Shown: positions 12,571 through 26,054, numbered from the stretch's first letter. The stretch: 64,000 nucleotides of DNA from Octopus sinensis (GCF_006345805.1 NC_043006.1:88102001-88166000); one strand, 5' to 3'. Notes: generated from the letters alone by a model not told the origin. Numbers and translations are program-made.

Positions 12571-13434
12571 TAATAATATGCTATCCAATTTATCTATAGA
12601 ATTTGAAAATATTGAAAAAGCAGCAAATGTTGTTGACATAATTACAAAAAAAAAAAAAAAATAAGAAAGAATGTAAAGGAAAAGGTATATTATGACATTA
12701 TAACAAAACAACAGAAACACTTATAAGCATAGATGCAGTTTTATTGACAAATGATAAATTAAGAAACTTTCAACTATTCTATCATGGTGAGAATTTTCTA
12801 ATTACAGAGGATAAAGGATGGAAAGCTATAGTAAGGAATAATAAAGGATAATTATATGAACACAGCAAGTGTTTTCTGTAAAAAGATGGAAATTTTCCAG
12901 CGTCAATAGCAACAAATTCTACAACAGACTATGATAATTATTCATCTGTTATATGAGTTAAGGTATTCTACTCTTATTCTTTATTGTTTGCATGTTTTAG
13001 TTTCCTAATCATGTATAGTATTTATAAATTGAAATATTCCATTCTATCTATTATTGGTTCTCATTGCTTGCTATTGTATTCAATTTTTTTTTTTGCTGGT
13101 TTTAGTTAACTGACTGTGGCCATATTGTAGAGCCCTCTTCAAATAATTAATCAATTCACATCAACATTATACTTATTTTATTGGTATTCTATTAACATTG
13201 GAAGGACGAAGAACAAAGTGGAATTGGAATAGCTTTGAACTCAAAACATAACCAAGGGGATGTAACCAAATACATACAGTATTTAGTCCTATATGGTACT
13301 GAATTCAACATCCACCTACCTAATAACTATTGTTGTTATTATTTAGATACTTATTCCTGCTTTGTTATGTACGAATATAAATTGTGCAATAGGGTAGTTG
13401 ATCCATCAGCATTTATGATGTTGAGAGGAAGGAA

Positions 13435-13600
13435 ACTTCTATGGGATTACTTAACCTGCTAGAAATAGCAACCAAATCTCCATTTATTTACAGCCCACCA
13501 ATTTGTAAAAGGACTGGATAGTGTAGTCCTAGATGTGCTGTTAATATATTCGGGAGAAGGATGAGATGGTCATAGCTGAAAAATGATATCTAAATCTCCT
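13435..13600 (+). repeat. Interspersed repeat family C (unclassified)
   Basis: ttaacctgctagaaatagcaaccaaatct...ggatagtgtagtcctagatg, shared with 10030 and 31455. Confidence 0.45.
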
Positions 13601-13649
13601 TGAAATCAAATATACTATATTAAAAATGGGCAAATTGAATAATCTTTTC

Positions 13650-13858
13650 TACTATAGGCACAAGGCCTGAAATTTTGGGGGAGGGGACTAGTTGATTACA
13701 TTGACCCCAGTGTTTCACTGGTACTTGTTTTACCAACCCCGAAAGGAAGAAAGGCAAAGTCGACCTTGGTGGAATTTGAACTCAGAATGTAGCAACGGGC
13801 AAAATACCACTAAGCATTTCATCCTGCATGCTAATGATTCTGCCAGCTCACTACCCCT
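13650..13858 (-). mobile_element. tRNA-derived SINE, family B
   Basis: Reverse complement of the family-B layout (ggcacaaggcc...ggtactt...gaaaggcaaagtcgacc...gaatttgaactcagaa...ctgccagctcactaccc). Confidence 0.8.
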
Positions 13859-13979
13859 TGTATAAACAGTCCTATATACATTATAACCAACAAAATGTTG
13901 AGATGAACATGGCTAGGATCCTTTTGATAATATGTTTGCACAATTAATGCTACCTGAAAGCCAAACAACAATGGGAAAT

Positions 13980-14185
13980 ATTGGTTTCACATTTTGGCAC
14001 AAAGCCAGCAATTTTGGGGTGAGTGGGCAAGTCAATTACACTGACCACAGTGTTCAACTATCAACCCAGAAAGAATGAAAGGCAAACTCAAGCTCAGTAG
14101 AATCTGAACTCAGAACTTATTGAAAAATGAAATGCTGCTAAGCATTCTGCCCAGTTTGCTAATGATTCTGCCACCTCACCACCTT
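13980..14185 (-). mobile_element. tRNA-derived SINE, family B
   Basis: Second minus-strand copy about 120 bp downstream of the first, with the same motifs and a central deletion. Confidence 0.7.
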
Positions 14186-15554
14186 CATAATAATGATAAA
14201 TATTAGGGATTAAGACTATTCGCATACTGATCATGATCTTCACTTATGATTCAACATTCCTCTCTCTCATCTCCACCTGTCTAAATATTTACAATCCACA
14301 ATTATAAACTACTGCAGAGCCTTTTCAACTCACATTTTCACAAGTCACTAGTCTGAGTAGGCCACTACAGGTTTCAGGCCTTGCTTCTTCCATATGTATT
14401 TTTTAATTCAGAAAAAAGAAAAGAAAACAAATACAAGGAACTTTTAATAAAGAATTGAATGGAGAGGAGACTAAATAAATCCCAAGTCATTTGTTGTGTC
14501 TCCTATTGTACATGTTGGTAAACTCCTATAAAAGTTTTTTGTTAAAAGCTATGAAATAGTGGCCACGTAACTAGCTGTGCACCAACAGGCTTATACATTT
14601 TCATGTGAGTGACAGAAGCTAACTACTAACTGAAATACAAATGATATCAAACATAATAATCACAGACGTTGCTGTACTATTCTCTCAAACAAACACATTA
14701 CTCCACTTGCCTCAAGCAAACTTTCAGAAAAATAGATACTACCATTTAACGCCAACCACTTATTGGTTGAGTGGTTGGCATTAGTAACTGCATCTAGTTG
14801 TAAATCATCTGTTATGTTAACAATTCATTCAAACTATCCAACCGATGCTACCAAGAAAGAAAAAAATAACGTCTTTGAAAATATATTGCAAAAAACGTTG
14901 TCAAATAAAGTGAATCTCGAGCTACACCAATCTCATAACACAGTTGGATAAATTCAATTCTGATTTTTAAATCTGTACTTCTTTTTCATCAGTCTCACTA
15001 CAATCACCCTCACCACTATCATGTTTAAAAGAAAAGGAAAAAAAATCAATGTAAAACCACACAAACCTAAATATTCTTTAAGTTAAGAAGAATTACTGTC
15101 TTTAAGTAAGATATCAGTGAAGCATTGTATTCTGTTTTGCAAATTCTCTTTGACTTTGACTGTTAGTCTGTCTGTTTTCCTCTTTTTCTCTTTTTCTTTC
15201 ATCTTGTCTTGTATATATTGGATTGGTCACAAATACATTCCACTCATGGTAATTGTAAACAATGCTAGACTGGATGCATTACTTGACTTATATCAGTACC
15301 TCCCTGTTCAGGTTCAAATATATGTGTGTGTGTGTGTGTGTGTATGCAGACACATACACAGAGGATGATTCAAATGTTTCTGGAATCAGCTTTCCCTTTC
15401 ATCTCCCAAGATCTCTATAAAAGTAATACCAGTGATACACTGAAATTAATTCAATAGGCTTACTGTACTTCTATAAAAATGGCTTTATGTTTTGTCACAA
15501 CAAATATATGAGTATATATGTATGTATGTATGTATGTATGTACGTATGTATGTG

Positions 15555-15587
<33 letters not shown>

Positions 15588-15859
15588 ACGTATGTATGTA
15601 TATACACATTCATTTTTCATTTGTTTTTGTGCACATTTTTCTATGTTAGCATGGGTTCTGCAAATATATCATTGAGGAATTAATATTTTGTTTGTTGCCT
15701 GTTTTTCCAGTGATGTATCTCTTATTTCACATTTCTTCAGATGCATATAGCCAGGAGATGATTTGTTGACAAGAGAAATAACGACATCATTGCTTGTAGC
15801 TTGCAAGTTTCAGAAGAGCACAAACATAAACAAACATGCTGACACATGCACGCATGCTT

Positions 15860-15896
<37 letters not shown>

Positions 15897-15992
15897 TACA
15901 CGTACACACACAGATGATGATTCAAAAGCCTCTTTAGTTTGTATATATCATTATCATTATCATTTAACATCCATGTACCATATTGGCATATA

Positions 15993-16162
15993 CAGATGCA
16001 GGTTTGGCTGTGTGGTTAAGAAGTTTGCTTCCCAACCCTGCGGTTTCAAGTTCAATCCCACAGCACACTGACTTGGGCAAGTGTCTTCTACTATAGCCAT
16101 GTGTGACCCAAAGCTGTGTGAGTGGATTTAGTAAGCAGAAATTGGAAGAAGCACATCATATG
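15993..16162 (+). mobile_element. tRNA-derived SINE, family A (head/CORE-like part)
   Basis: tggctgtgtggttaag A-box, ggtttcaagttcaatccc B-box, cttgggcaagtgtcttctactatagcc, gtgagtggatt. Confidence 0.7.
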
Positions 16163-16757
16163 TCTGTATGTGTGTCTATATGTATGTCTGTAGGTGTGTG
16201 TATATGTATATAGATAGGTAAGTAGTTAGGTATGTAAGTAGTATGTACATATGCATGCATGTATGTGTGTGTGTGTATGTTTGTGCATGTGAGTGTGTGT
16301 GGATGTGCTTTTTCACAGTTGAGATCTCAGAAAGTCACTCACTACAACAGGTGTTATTGTTATTGTCCCATCTGTCAACAAATTGTCTACTTGCTTCACA
16401 CCTTTGAAAAGTTTGTTTAACTTGGAAAACAAGCAAGGGTTGGCAACAAGATGGTTATCCAACAATAAAACAAATGCCTCAATAATGTAATCATTTAATC
16501 TGTGCTAACATGGAAAAATGGATGTTAGAACAAATAAATATATATATTTTTGTTAATGTTCCTTGGTGGATAGGCAGATTTATTAGTGTTGGATGTATGC
16601 CATGTAGATCAAGTTGCAACCCATTACATCCAAATGCAAATTATGCCAAAGTCAACTTTACCATTTATTTTCTGGGTTTAATTGATTAAATAACAGACAA
16701 GTAGTATGTCTTCCAAAAAATATTTCTAGTTTTTTACTAATGGAAGATACAATTACT

Positions 16758-16963
16758 GCTGGCAGAATCATTTTGGGCAAAATGCTGAGAGGTGTTTCTT
16801 TCAGCTCTTGATCTTTTTGAGTTCAAATTCCACTGAGATCAACATTGCCTTTTATCGTTCAGGGTTGATAAAATAAGTACCAGTTGAATACTGGAGCCAA
16901 TGTAAATGAATTGCCCTCCTCCTCCTAAAATTGTTAGTACTTTGCCAAAATTTGAAACCATTA
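16758..16963 (+). mobile_element. tRNA-derived SINE, family B
   Basis: gctggcagaatc...gagttcaaattcc...ttgccttttatc...gataaaataagtaccagttg...gccaaaatttgaaacc. Confidence 0.7.
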
Positions 16964-17010
16964 TTATTATTATCATTATTATTATTATTTGATGGTGGTG
17001 GTGGTGGTAG

Positions 17011-17042
<32 letters not shown>

Positions 17043-17517
17043 TTACTTTACTTTCTGTCATATTAATTATCACCAAAAGGAAATATGAAGTTGATAACAA
17101 TCAATAAAACATCAGACAGAAATCTATCTTCAGGCAGAACAGTCAAAGTTGATATATTACCATTCCTTTCATGAAACTCTACCATTTCCCAGTTCATTCT
17201 GAAAATATGCTGGAGGTAAAAATAGAAAAGATAGAACTTCTAATCAACTTTTTTTTCCTCATCCCAGTTCCTTAATAACTGGTAGTAGTGAGATTGATAT
17301 ACTATGAGCATGTTCAAATCCTCAGTACCCAGATCACTTACAGTAGTTAATGATATACCAAAGGTGTGTTTTATAGTGAAAAGAGGATGGAGCTATTTGA
17401 GTCAACTTTCTTTTCAATATCCACGGAGCTGAGCATCAACAATGAGAAAAAAGTTGTAAATATTTTGTCCAGCTGGTCTGTATGTCATTGTTTCAGATAG
17501 CTTTGGCATTTGTTAGT

Positions 17518-17724
17518 AAGTACAAGGCCAAAAATTTGGAAGAAAATGACAGTCAATAAAATCAACCTTGTCACCACCACCACCACCACCACCACTAGTT
17601 CTTGACTGGTACTTTATTTTGTCAACTCTGGAGAAATAATAGCTAAGTTGACCTCAACAGGATTTAAACTCAAAATATAAAAAAAAAATCAGCACAAATA
17701 CTGCAAGGCTTTGGTGATTCTGAC
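17518..17724 (-). mobile_element. tRNA-derived SINE, family B, diverged
   Basis: acaaggccaaaaattt...actggtactttatttt...aagttgacctc...atttaaactcaaaat; contains a (CAC)n insertion. Confidence 0.55.
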
Positions 17725-19159
17725 AATCTAAAAGTTTCTTCATTAATTATATAGAGAAAAATAAGAAAACAAAGTTAGATATTATAAAAAGGAGGAGTCC
17801 TTCTTTAATGAGAGATTTTTAGAAAGGTAAAAGTTTTCACACCATATTCTAATGAAAGAACTAAAGAACAACCAATTAAACATAAATTAGAGGAAAACTT
17901 TTAGCTAAAATCCAACATTTAATTAACCAAATTCCCTTATATAAATAAATTATTTGTTAGTATTTTCTTTTTAATATTCAAGTCACTGACAAAATTTAAC
18001 TAATAAATATATTTAATAAATAAATGAGATTTAATTGCTGAAATAAAATTCTTTAAAAAGTTTTAGACTTTAAAAATTCACATCAAATTTTTTATGATGT
18101 TATTAAAGCTTGTATTCCAGTACTGGAATACCTCTTTACATTTGTTTTATTGTATTATTTTCTGTGCCAGAAGCAATAATCGTATATTTAGGGAAGGATA
18201 GCGGATAAAGAGAGAAGCCATTGAGAAAAAAAATCTATTGTTTGCTTGTTTATCATATTTTATTTCTGTTTTTGCTATAATTTTGATTTTTGTATTTTTA
18301 CTAATTTCCCAGCCTATATATAGTATGCACATACACATACACATTGTTATGTTGTCATTCATATATATACACAGTTGGATAGCTAAACTACTCTTTTTTC
18401 CTTTCTTGTCCATTTTATTATCATTACAGAGTTTTATTTATTTAAAGTGCTGCTGTTAGCACAACACTTCTGCCTAAGTTTTATTACCACTGGTAATTTT
18501 ATTTTATTTCATTGATGGTACTGTTAATAACATGATAATCACATTTTAAAAGATTTCTTAGCTCAAAGCATCCTTACTGCAAACTTTTCTCTCCTATACA
18601 AAATGGCCACCACTTCATACATACATACTCATGTGTGTGTGTATGTGTATGCATACAAAAATACATAAACAGGCATGTTATTTGCAATCGATCTCACATT
18701 AAGAGCATTTAATTGGTATGAGAGTAAAATAATCAAATATAAAACAAATTCCTAAAATGGCCACGTGTCTTGTTTTTGTACCAGTTAATGTGAACAATAG
18801 TTGAAATTTGTAAATCATTATGGCTTTATTGTATAACTAAAAATTAAATTTTAATGACATACTTCTATTTTTACTTCAAGTTTAAATGATCCACCACTGA
18901 TGTGCTAAAAAAAGTTTAACAGTTTCACACATTTATCAATTTGCTTTATTTCAGTCTGTTATTTATTATGTTTTTATATGGTTTAGTCTGGAATAAAAGG
19001 TTGTGTTCTTTACCATTACAGATCCAGTCTCTGGTGAAACTGATAAAGTTGATGTTTTTCTTGAAATGCTCTAAGTTTAGGAGCAGTAAAAAAAAAACAT
19101 GGGAAAGGAATTTTAGATGCATTCCACATTTCAAGGAGGAGGGACTGTGAAAGTGCTTA

Positions 19160-19535
19160 ATCTAAAGGTCTGGATGGTGAACACAATATCAGAGAAGAAG
19201 GAAGAAAAGATGAGAGAGTCAGATGGATCTGAGTGAATATATGTGGGCAGCCAGTTCCAAGAAGCAGAGGTCTGGGTGGTAGATACAATGTCAGTGACGA
19301 GAGGGCAAGAGATGAGTGGATCTGAATGGAAATGGTTTCAGGCCAGTTAACTCCAACAGCAAAGTGAAAAAAATGGTATGCCAGTGGGCCAGGGGCTGAA
19401 GTATGTTGGTGGACAAGTTCATGTCAGTTGGCTTTTTTCATATGATCCAGGATGTCTGTATGTCTAGTATTAGCACCATTCTAATTGCTGGAGCAGTGCT
19501 CCATCCTGGATGTCACTTGGGTTTTGTATAGGTTT
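19160..19535 (-). mobile_element. CR1/L2-group LINE (Crack/Daphne-like) RT C-terminal relic
   Basis: Minus strand reads LLNLYKTQVTSRMEHCSSN*NGA...ILDH..KKA / TNILQPLAHW, matching LxLYKAQVRPxMEYCSHIWxGA...LD.IQ.KA...LQPLxHRR. Confidence 0.6.
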
Positions 19536-20944
19536 AGTAATTTTAAATGAGAAAGAAGAGTTTTATAACTACTCTTATGAATCTGCTCTCCTGAATGCTA
19601 GCTAAAGCATAAATAGATGACTCCAATGTAAAATAAAAATGTTGAATAGTTGACAAGTTCAAACAAGTCAGCTAATGTATTGCATATTTATGATAATGTA
19701 ATTCATATAACCTGATTCACTCAATTTAACTGTAAAATAGCAATCAGTTCTACTGCATAGTTGTACAGCCATTGTTGTGCATTTAAATGTTTAGTTATAA
19801 TTGTTTTTGTTGTGCTTCTTCTTGTTCTACTTGAGATCAAGCCTGAATGAGCAGAACTATGATCAAGTGACATAACCATCTTGTTTATTCCTACATTACA
19901 TATATGTCCTTTTTTAAAGATAGCAGGCTATGATTTCACAGAGATTTGGTTGCTGGTTCTAGTAGGGAGAACTACCATGAAAAAGCACCCTTATTGGCTC
20001 ATTAAATATTTAGCGTTAATGTACAGCATCCAATTATATAAAAATGAATTTGTTCCCATAACTGTTTATTAAATATTACCATACTGCAAGGTATTTTGGA
20101 AACCAACCACCTTATAGTTTTGTGGTCAGACACACAAATAGCTTTCATTTTCCTATGAAATAGCTTTTGAAAAACAATTCCAGTTTTAATAAAACTAACA
20201 AGCTCCAATAAACAACTTTCAGTGTCATTATCAACAACAACAATGCCACCAAAACCAAATTTTACTTATACTCTTTGACATCACCAAAATCAAATTTTAA
20301 TTATACTCTTTGACATTTTTCAAATTACCTCATAATATAACAGAATATATTCATTAATCTCCCTACTCAGTCAGATAAAGTGAAATTATTAGAAACTACT
20401 GATAACTCTTTTCATATAGAGAACCAAAGGTAAGATACACTGCGATAATTTCCCTAACACCTTCACCAGGTCTATAGGGGTCATTTTAGCTAAATATTGT
20501 AAACTAGTAAAAACATGAATATATTATGTATTACCTTCACTATTTAAAGAAGTATACTTTATGCTGCTATTATTAATATCTACCACCAGATATTTTTGAT
20601 AATTAAACAGTACAGTGCCAACAGCAAAAGATGAACTGCTGATCTTTCAGCCAAAAAGCTAGTTCTATACAGTAATTCAATCTACCAAGTCATACCGTCT
20701 GATATATGGAATATAACATTTAAAACTCAATCTAATTAACTGCAGCTTATCACCAAAGAAACTTTTCATACATTATATAGAGTTACTGAAAATCCTCGCT
20801 ATTGTCTAGCCTCAGATCAGACCAGATCCAGCAGATCTGTGATCAAGAATATTCTGGGCGTAACCATCCCGTTACTTTTTCTTACATATTACATGTAACA
20901 CACTGTTGAATAAGTCCTTCCGTTTTTTAAGTCAATAAAGTGTG

Positions 20945-21760
20945 ATTGAGTGGATTCATTCATAATGCTGACCACTTTACAGTGTGTATTGGGTGCTTTT
21001 TGTGAGGCACCAGTACTTTTTACATGGCACCAACACCAGTGAAGTTGTCAAGTAATGTGGAAGACCTCACAGATGGGAGAGGGAGTGGAACCAAGGGAGT
21101 TGACTTTGTGCCAGTTGAGAGGTTAGAGTATAATAGAAGGAAAGAGAGATGTTTTTTTACTATAGAGGAGATACTTGGCTATCCAGTAGGAAAAGTTAGG
21201 AAAGGAAAGACAGCTATAGAGACAGTCAGAGTATGAGAAAGAAATAGACAGTGGAATGGTGGTGGAGAGTATAAGTGAATAGAGGGGGATGTTCCATAAG
21301 TGTGTGAGAGGAGAGGCAACTGTAGCAAGTGATGGTGAGAGAAATATATGTGAGAAAAAGATATATGATTGTGCAGACAGGCATATGAGGGAGAGTCGGG
21401 GAGCCTGCAGTAAGTAGTGAACATGGGTGGTAGGATGGAGTCTATTTCCTGTACATTCTTGATATTTATTGTACCTGAACATCTACCACATACAAAGACT
21501 ATTTTCTCTGTTAATTTTCATGACCTGGTCCAGCAGTCTGATACCTCTGTAATTATACACATGCACATGTAAGCCGTGTGTATTATAAAGTATAACATAT
21601 CTTTGTTTTCAGCTCCAGCAATAATTCCTTAAGCATTTTTCTACTTATCTCAATACCTAGTATAACCCTTCTCAGAATCACAAGAGTGCTAATTAGATTT
21701 CTATATTGCCATTAATTTTCACAAATAGGCCATACATCATCTTCAGTCACTTATAGATAG
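20945..21760 (-). mobile_element. RTE LINE remnant (RT piece plus pyrimidine-rich UTR type)
   Basis: The reverse complement of about 21510-21560 reads NYRGIRLLDQVMKI. The GA-rich body resembles 3000-3560 and 37330-38040, with the terminal domain near 20960-21010. Confidence 0.6.
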
Positions 21761-24274
21761 TGACAATCTTTAACCCTATGTGATACTACCACTCTTCTTA
21801 ATATAACATCTATGTTAACGCATTCATATTTAAATTAAAATCTCCCAACAAAATTTTATGTAAGATCCTGTCTATCAGTTATGTTCTGCATAATTTTGAA
21901 GAAGGTGGTTATTTTATTGAATTCTTCCAAATTCTAGTCAAATTTCTAAACTAATTAAAATATATAGATATTGCATTTCATTAGAAATACAGTTACATAC
22001 GAGTTAAATGTTGATCCTCCTTAATAATGTAAACATTTTATATCATTTCAGTTCCAGAGAGCTTAATATTGGTTTCAATATTAGGTTCTTGGTACTTTAC
22101 TGTATAACAGTGTGTAGAAGAAAATGGTTTATATTTTGATTATGTGAGATTGTTGTTAACCATTTAACATTCAAATTACTCTGTGATAGCTTATTTTTTA
22201 AATGACATTGTAAGATAGGCATGACTGGCCAGATCTGGCCAGTTTTGATATAAAGCAGGTGGAATATTTGGAGCAGATATGGTCAGTTTAAAAGGGTTGA
22301 ATATTAATATGTCTTACTTTTAGTTACCATAGATGAGTTACCAAATATTACCTCTTTAGATTCACATGTGCTATATTTACAAAAGTAAATTCTTTTAAGC
22401 CTTTCTTTATTTTAAAAATTACTTATACCATATTTCTAATGATTATGAAATCCTTCTAAATGCATCTTTTTGGGATTATTTATTGGCATGACTTCAGGTC
22501 TTCCAATCTTTTTAAGTTCATGTTTCAGCCATGCCCACCTCATCTTTTATTCTGAAGATGTATCTAGGATATTCTTATCCATTGTGTGCTTCACTTTTAA
22601 CACAGTAAAGTGTGATCTCAGTGATTTTGGCTTATACCTCCAGCAGGCTGAGTGATCAGATAGAGGCTCCATCTTTGGCATAAGGTGCAATTGTTAATGG
22701 TGGAATCAATTCAGAATTTTTTAATTTTGTTACTCATTATTCTTTAACTACTGACAATGTCTAACAATGAAGGTCACAGATCACAAAAATGTACTGCAGA
22801 AGCATAATCAGATCTTGGTATCCAACGAGATATGAACAATATAAATATTATTAGTTTGAATGCAGTTACTGCCTTAATCTTTTTCCTTCTTGCATAGAAG
22901 TAATTCAAATATTTAAGATGTCAACATTTTTCTATTTCTACCAACAGTGATTAAACTGCTTTTCTACTTGTCAAAGGGTACAGAGTCAATATGGAGTGAG
23001 TATAAATGTTCTAGCTGGATTTAGTCTAACTTGAGACACTAAAGTGAAAGAGAAGCATGTTATTGATTGTTCTTTATGTAACCATGGAATCAGTTCACAC
23101 CTTGAGTAACCAGCTGCTCATTATTGGAGTGTTTGAAGAGTTTAAAAATGTGCAAGATTGTGTACGAAAATGGTGAAAAGATTATGAATGTATGTATGTA
23201 TGTATGTATGCAAAATAATAATCATTGAATGGATTATTCTATGAACACCCCAAGGGAGCATTTCTCCCATAATGTGTAGAAGTCTTGCATTTGTTGAGAT
23301 AACACCATTTCATTGGTATATATGGCTTCTGTTGCTAGAACATTGTTGGAATGTTTACATAGCAGGACTCTCAGAAGTCTTGATACAGCCTTAAGATATT
23401 TCATAAAGAAAATCAAAGTAAATAAGTTGCACTCTGACATTGCAGCTGTTGTTTGAAGCAGTACTCACTGATAATTTCTCACCTGTACATTCAGTTCACT
23501 TTATCACATTGTTTACTAAAATATCAATAGAAAATCTTAAATAAAGTTTGAAATTAAGATTTTTGATTATTTCATTATTTCTTTACAAGCTGTTTTATAA
23601 TAATAAAGCTTAGAAAAAGAAACTGAAAAACATATCATCTCACATGTTATCTGCAAGATAGGAAAAGATCTCGAGACTTTAGCTATTTTATTGATATGTA
23701 CTGGTGTACCATACGTATTGAAACAGGTGCCACTAAACATTATAGAATAAGATGAATTATTATTATATAGAATAAATGTCAGATGCTTAAATCATAGTTA
23801 CCTGCTTGTAGAAGATTCAGTGTAAAAGTAAATTATTAGCACACAATTTGAATGTATGCCCTTGGTGTTACATCAGATATCCAAGTAAGTTGACACTTAT
23901 ATCGAAGTTACATAAAGATGAGTGAGATCAATGTGGTTGATACTCTTCTTAAGCAATTACAAATCAAAGACTGAAAGAAAAGCATTAGCAAGGAAAGAAT
24001 TCCGAGGGATTGACATTCTGAGATGAAAGGATTTGGCAGATAGTTGTAAGGGCAGGGTGAATGTTGTGATAGCTCAAGTTTATTCATCTCTAAGGAGCAG
24101 AGACCACATTAACAGTAGTAGAAATGACAAAATATCACAGCAGATCAGAAGGTTTTTTTTGGTTTTTTTGAAGGAAAAGACAGTGCCCATGATCTTTGCT
24201 GGCTCTCCAAGGTTGGTCAGAGTGATGCTATAGATGTTCCAAGTCAACATCTACAGGAATGATATGAACAGGTG

Positions 24275-24358
24275 TGAGGAGGAGGAACTGAGCATAGAGA
24301 TTATTGTGGGGCCCTGAGGAGGAGGGACTGAGCATAGATTATTGTGAAGCCCTGAGGA
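24275..24358. repeat. Short tandem repeat, 40/38-bp unit x2.2
   Basis: tgaggaggaggaactgagcatagagattattgtggggccc / tgaggaggagggactgagcatagattattgtgaagccc / tgagga. Confidence 0.85.
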
Positions 24359-24471
24359 TAGTAACACAAAAGTGACAAGAGGTGGAAATTAGAGTGGGTC
24401 AGGAATTTCTGAGTGATGGAGGTACAAGATTCACCAACTCCAAGGAAAAGAAGCCATTACAAAAGAGATAA

Positions 24472-25565
24472 CTTTCTTTTATTAGCCACACAGGGCTGAA
24501 TACAGAGGGGACAAATACAAATGCAGAGCTTTTCTTTTCGAGGGTGGAAAAAAAAGAAAATAAATGTAAGATTGCGATCAAAAGGGATCGAGAGGAGGAA
24601 AAAAAAGAAAAGAAATCGCGTATCACAGAAATAATGATAAAAACATTGATATAACAAGATTGGGTTCATCCGTGGGAAGAAAAGCCTACAGAAAAGACCA
24701 CGGGAACCTCAGTCAGGGAGGAAATAACCACATGAGATCAAAATGCTCTCTTTCTTTCTTTTTTACGATCTACAGGATCATGCTCAAAATGGTTTCGTCA
24801 CTAGCACGCACCATCTTTGCAACATTCACCCATCTTTTTTTTAATCTTTCGCGAGACAAAACTTCCCTCTCCATTCTCACCTTCCTTTTCAAGTGGTACT
24901 TGAAAAAGTTGATGAGCGATTGGCCAGAGAGGTAAGTGTTTGTCTCTAATCCTTTCGCTCGGGTCCACCACACACATTCTTTCACCATGGCCACCAGTAC
25001 GATGAAAACTGCCTTGCCTTCCCGGTTGAGGGAAGGGGGCGGAGCAATTCTCACGATAGACTCGGCCAATAGGCAGATTCGTCCCACATGTGACAGCAGC
25101 CGTTCGGCATAAGCCCACAGGTCTGAAATGGTTGGACATTGCACGAGTGCATGCAGAACGGTTTCGTCGCTCTGACCGCATCTCGGGCAAGTCGGTCCAG
25201 TGTGTCTGGAACCGTGTCTGTAGAGCTTATCCCGAACAGGTAATTCTTGTCGATAGCACTGCCAGGCCAGGGATCTTTGGTGATTGTTCATAGGTCCCGG
25301 CCCGAAAGTTGTCCTGAACAGGCGGGTCAGGTGTTCCTCGTCGACGCCCAGACTCTGCCCGAGTTTGTCGTCGCACCTCCCCTCCACTAATCCTCTATAG
25401 AATGCCTTTGTTGTGATGGAGTCGCACAAGTTCGATCCCGGACGGCAGAGTTGCTTGAGAGCAACGCGACACTCGCGGTGCCATTCGCCTAGCCTCGGTC
25501 TCTGCTTGATCCATGACTGTAGTTCGTCCAAGGAGACGAGCTGCGGGAAAGCGTGCCAAGAGATA
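24472..25565 (-). mobile_element. 5'-truncated Tx1/L1-clade non-LTR retrotransposon (ORF2 C-terminus plus 3' UTR)
   Basis: GC- and CpG-rich island with an uninterrupted frame carrying the zf-RVT/CCHC region, a 300-bp 3' UTR, and the end ...gtggctAATAAAagaaag. Confidence 0.85.
24770..25564 (-). pseudogene. Tx1-like ORF2 C-terminal fragment (zf-RVT, CCHC knuckle)
   Basis: RSLAWQCYRQELPVRDKLYRHG...TCPRCGQSDETVLHALVQCP...LW (Cx2C...H...C), with a stop at 24770-24772. The first 33 or so residues of track ORF 24770..25663 are the antisense of the adjacent Chapaev-type fragment, not Tx1. Confidence 0.8.
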
Positions 25566-26054
25566 ATTATCCGGACTTTTTTGCTGAGAACCTTGGAGCA
25601 GTGTCTGATGAGCAAGGGGAACGCTTTCATCAAAATATTGCATCGATGGAACAACGATATCAAGGATTTTGGAATGCAGAAATGTTAGCTGTTATACATG
25701 CAGAAATGTTGGATGTTATACAGGGATGAACCTGAGACAAAACACCATAGAAAGTCCAAATCCCAAAGATTTTAAAGTTGTTATGCATTTGAGTGTATTC
25801 TAACTTATTTGTACACAATAATCTTAATTTTGTACAATAAAAAGCCATGAAATTATCGTATCTTTTATTCAATATATTTTATATAGACATGCTTTACATA
25901 TCCTATAAATTAAAACAGCAGGTATTATTAACATGAAAATGTAACCCGATAGAGGAAATTGGACTTCAGATTCGTAATTAACATCAAAAATTAACCCAGA
26001 AAAGTCAATCAGTAACTCTGGTGATTAAAAAAAGTTTCATTTTTTTGACCAGTG
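25563..26054 (+). mobile_element. Right half of a Chapaev-type (CMC superfamily) DNA transposon
   Basis: Plus frame reads PDFFAENLGAVSDEQGERFHQNIASMEQRYQGFWNAEMLA/CWMLYRDEPETKHHRKSKSQRF* (stop 25773-25775; a short duplication replaced the DY codons). The element ends ...ttttttgacCAGTG (CACTG terminus) followed by TAA, a TWA-type site. The family name is recalled from motif knowledge. Confidence 0.7.

Noticed and set aside
17341-17427. Minus-strand exon candidate with a GTAAGT donor; similar candidates at 22948-22995, 40287-40328 and 53958-54008 (+)
   Set aside because: These are short open frames with no recognisable homology and could not be chained into a consistent gene; such candidates are expected by chance.
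18600-18770. Two AAAATGGCC (YY1-like) motifs
   Set aside because: There is no CpG-rich or promoter context, so chance occurrence is likely.
25566-25663. N-terminal 33 aa (MISLFHRCN...) of the 297-aa ORF as a real Tx1 start
   Set aside because: It is the antisense of the Chapaev-type transposase fragment; the Tx1 copy is 5'-truncated.
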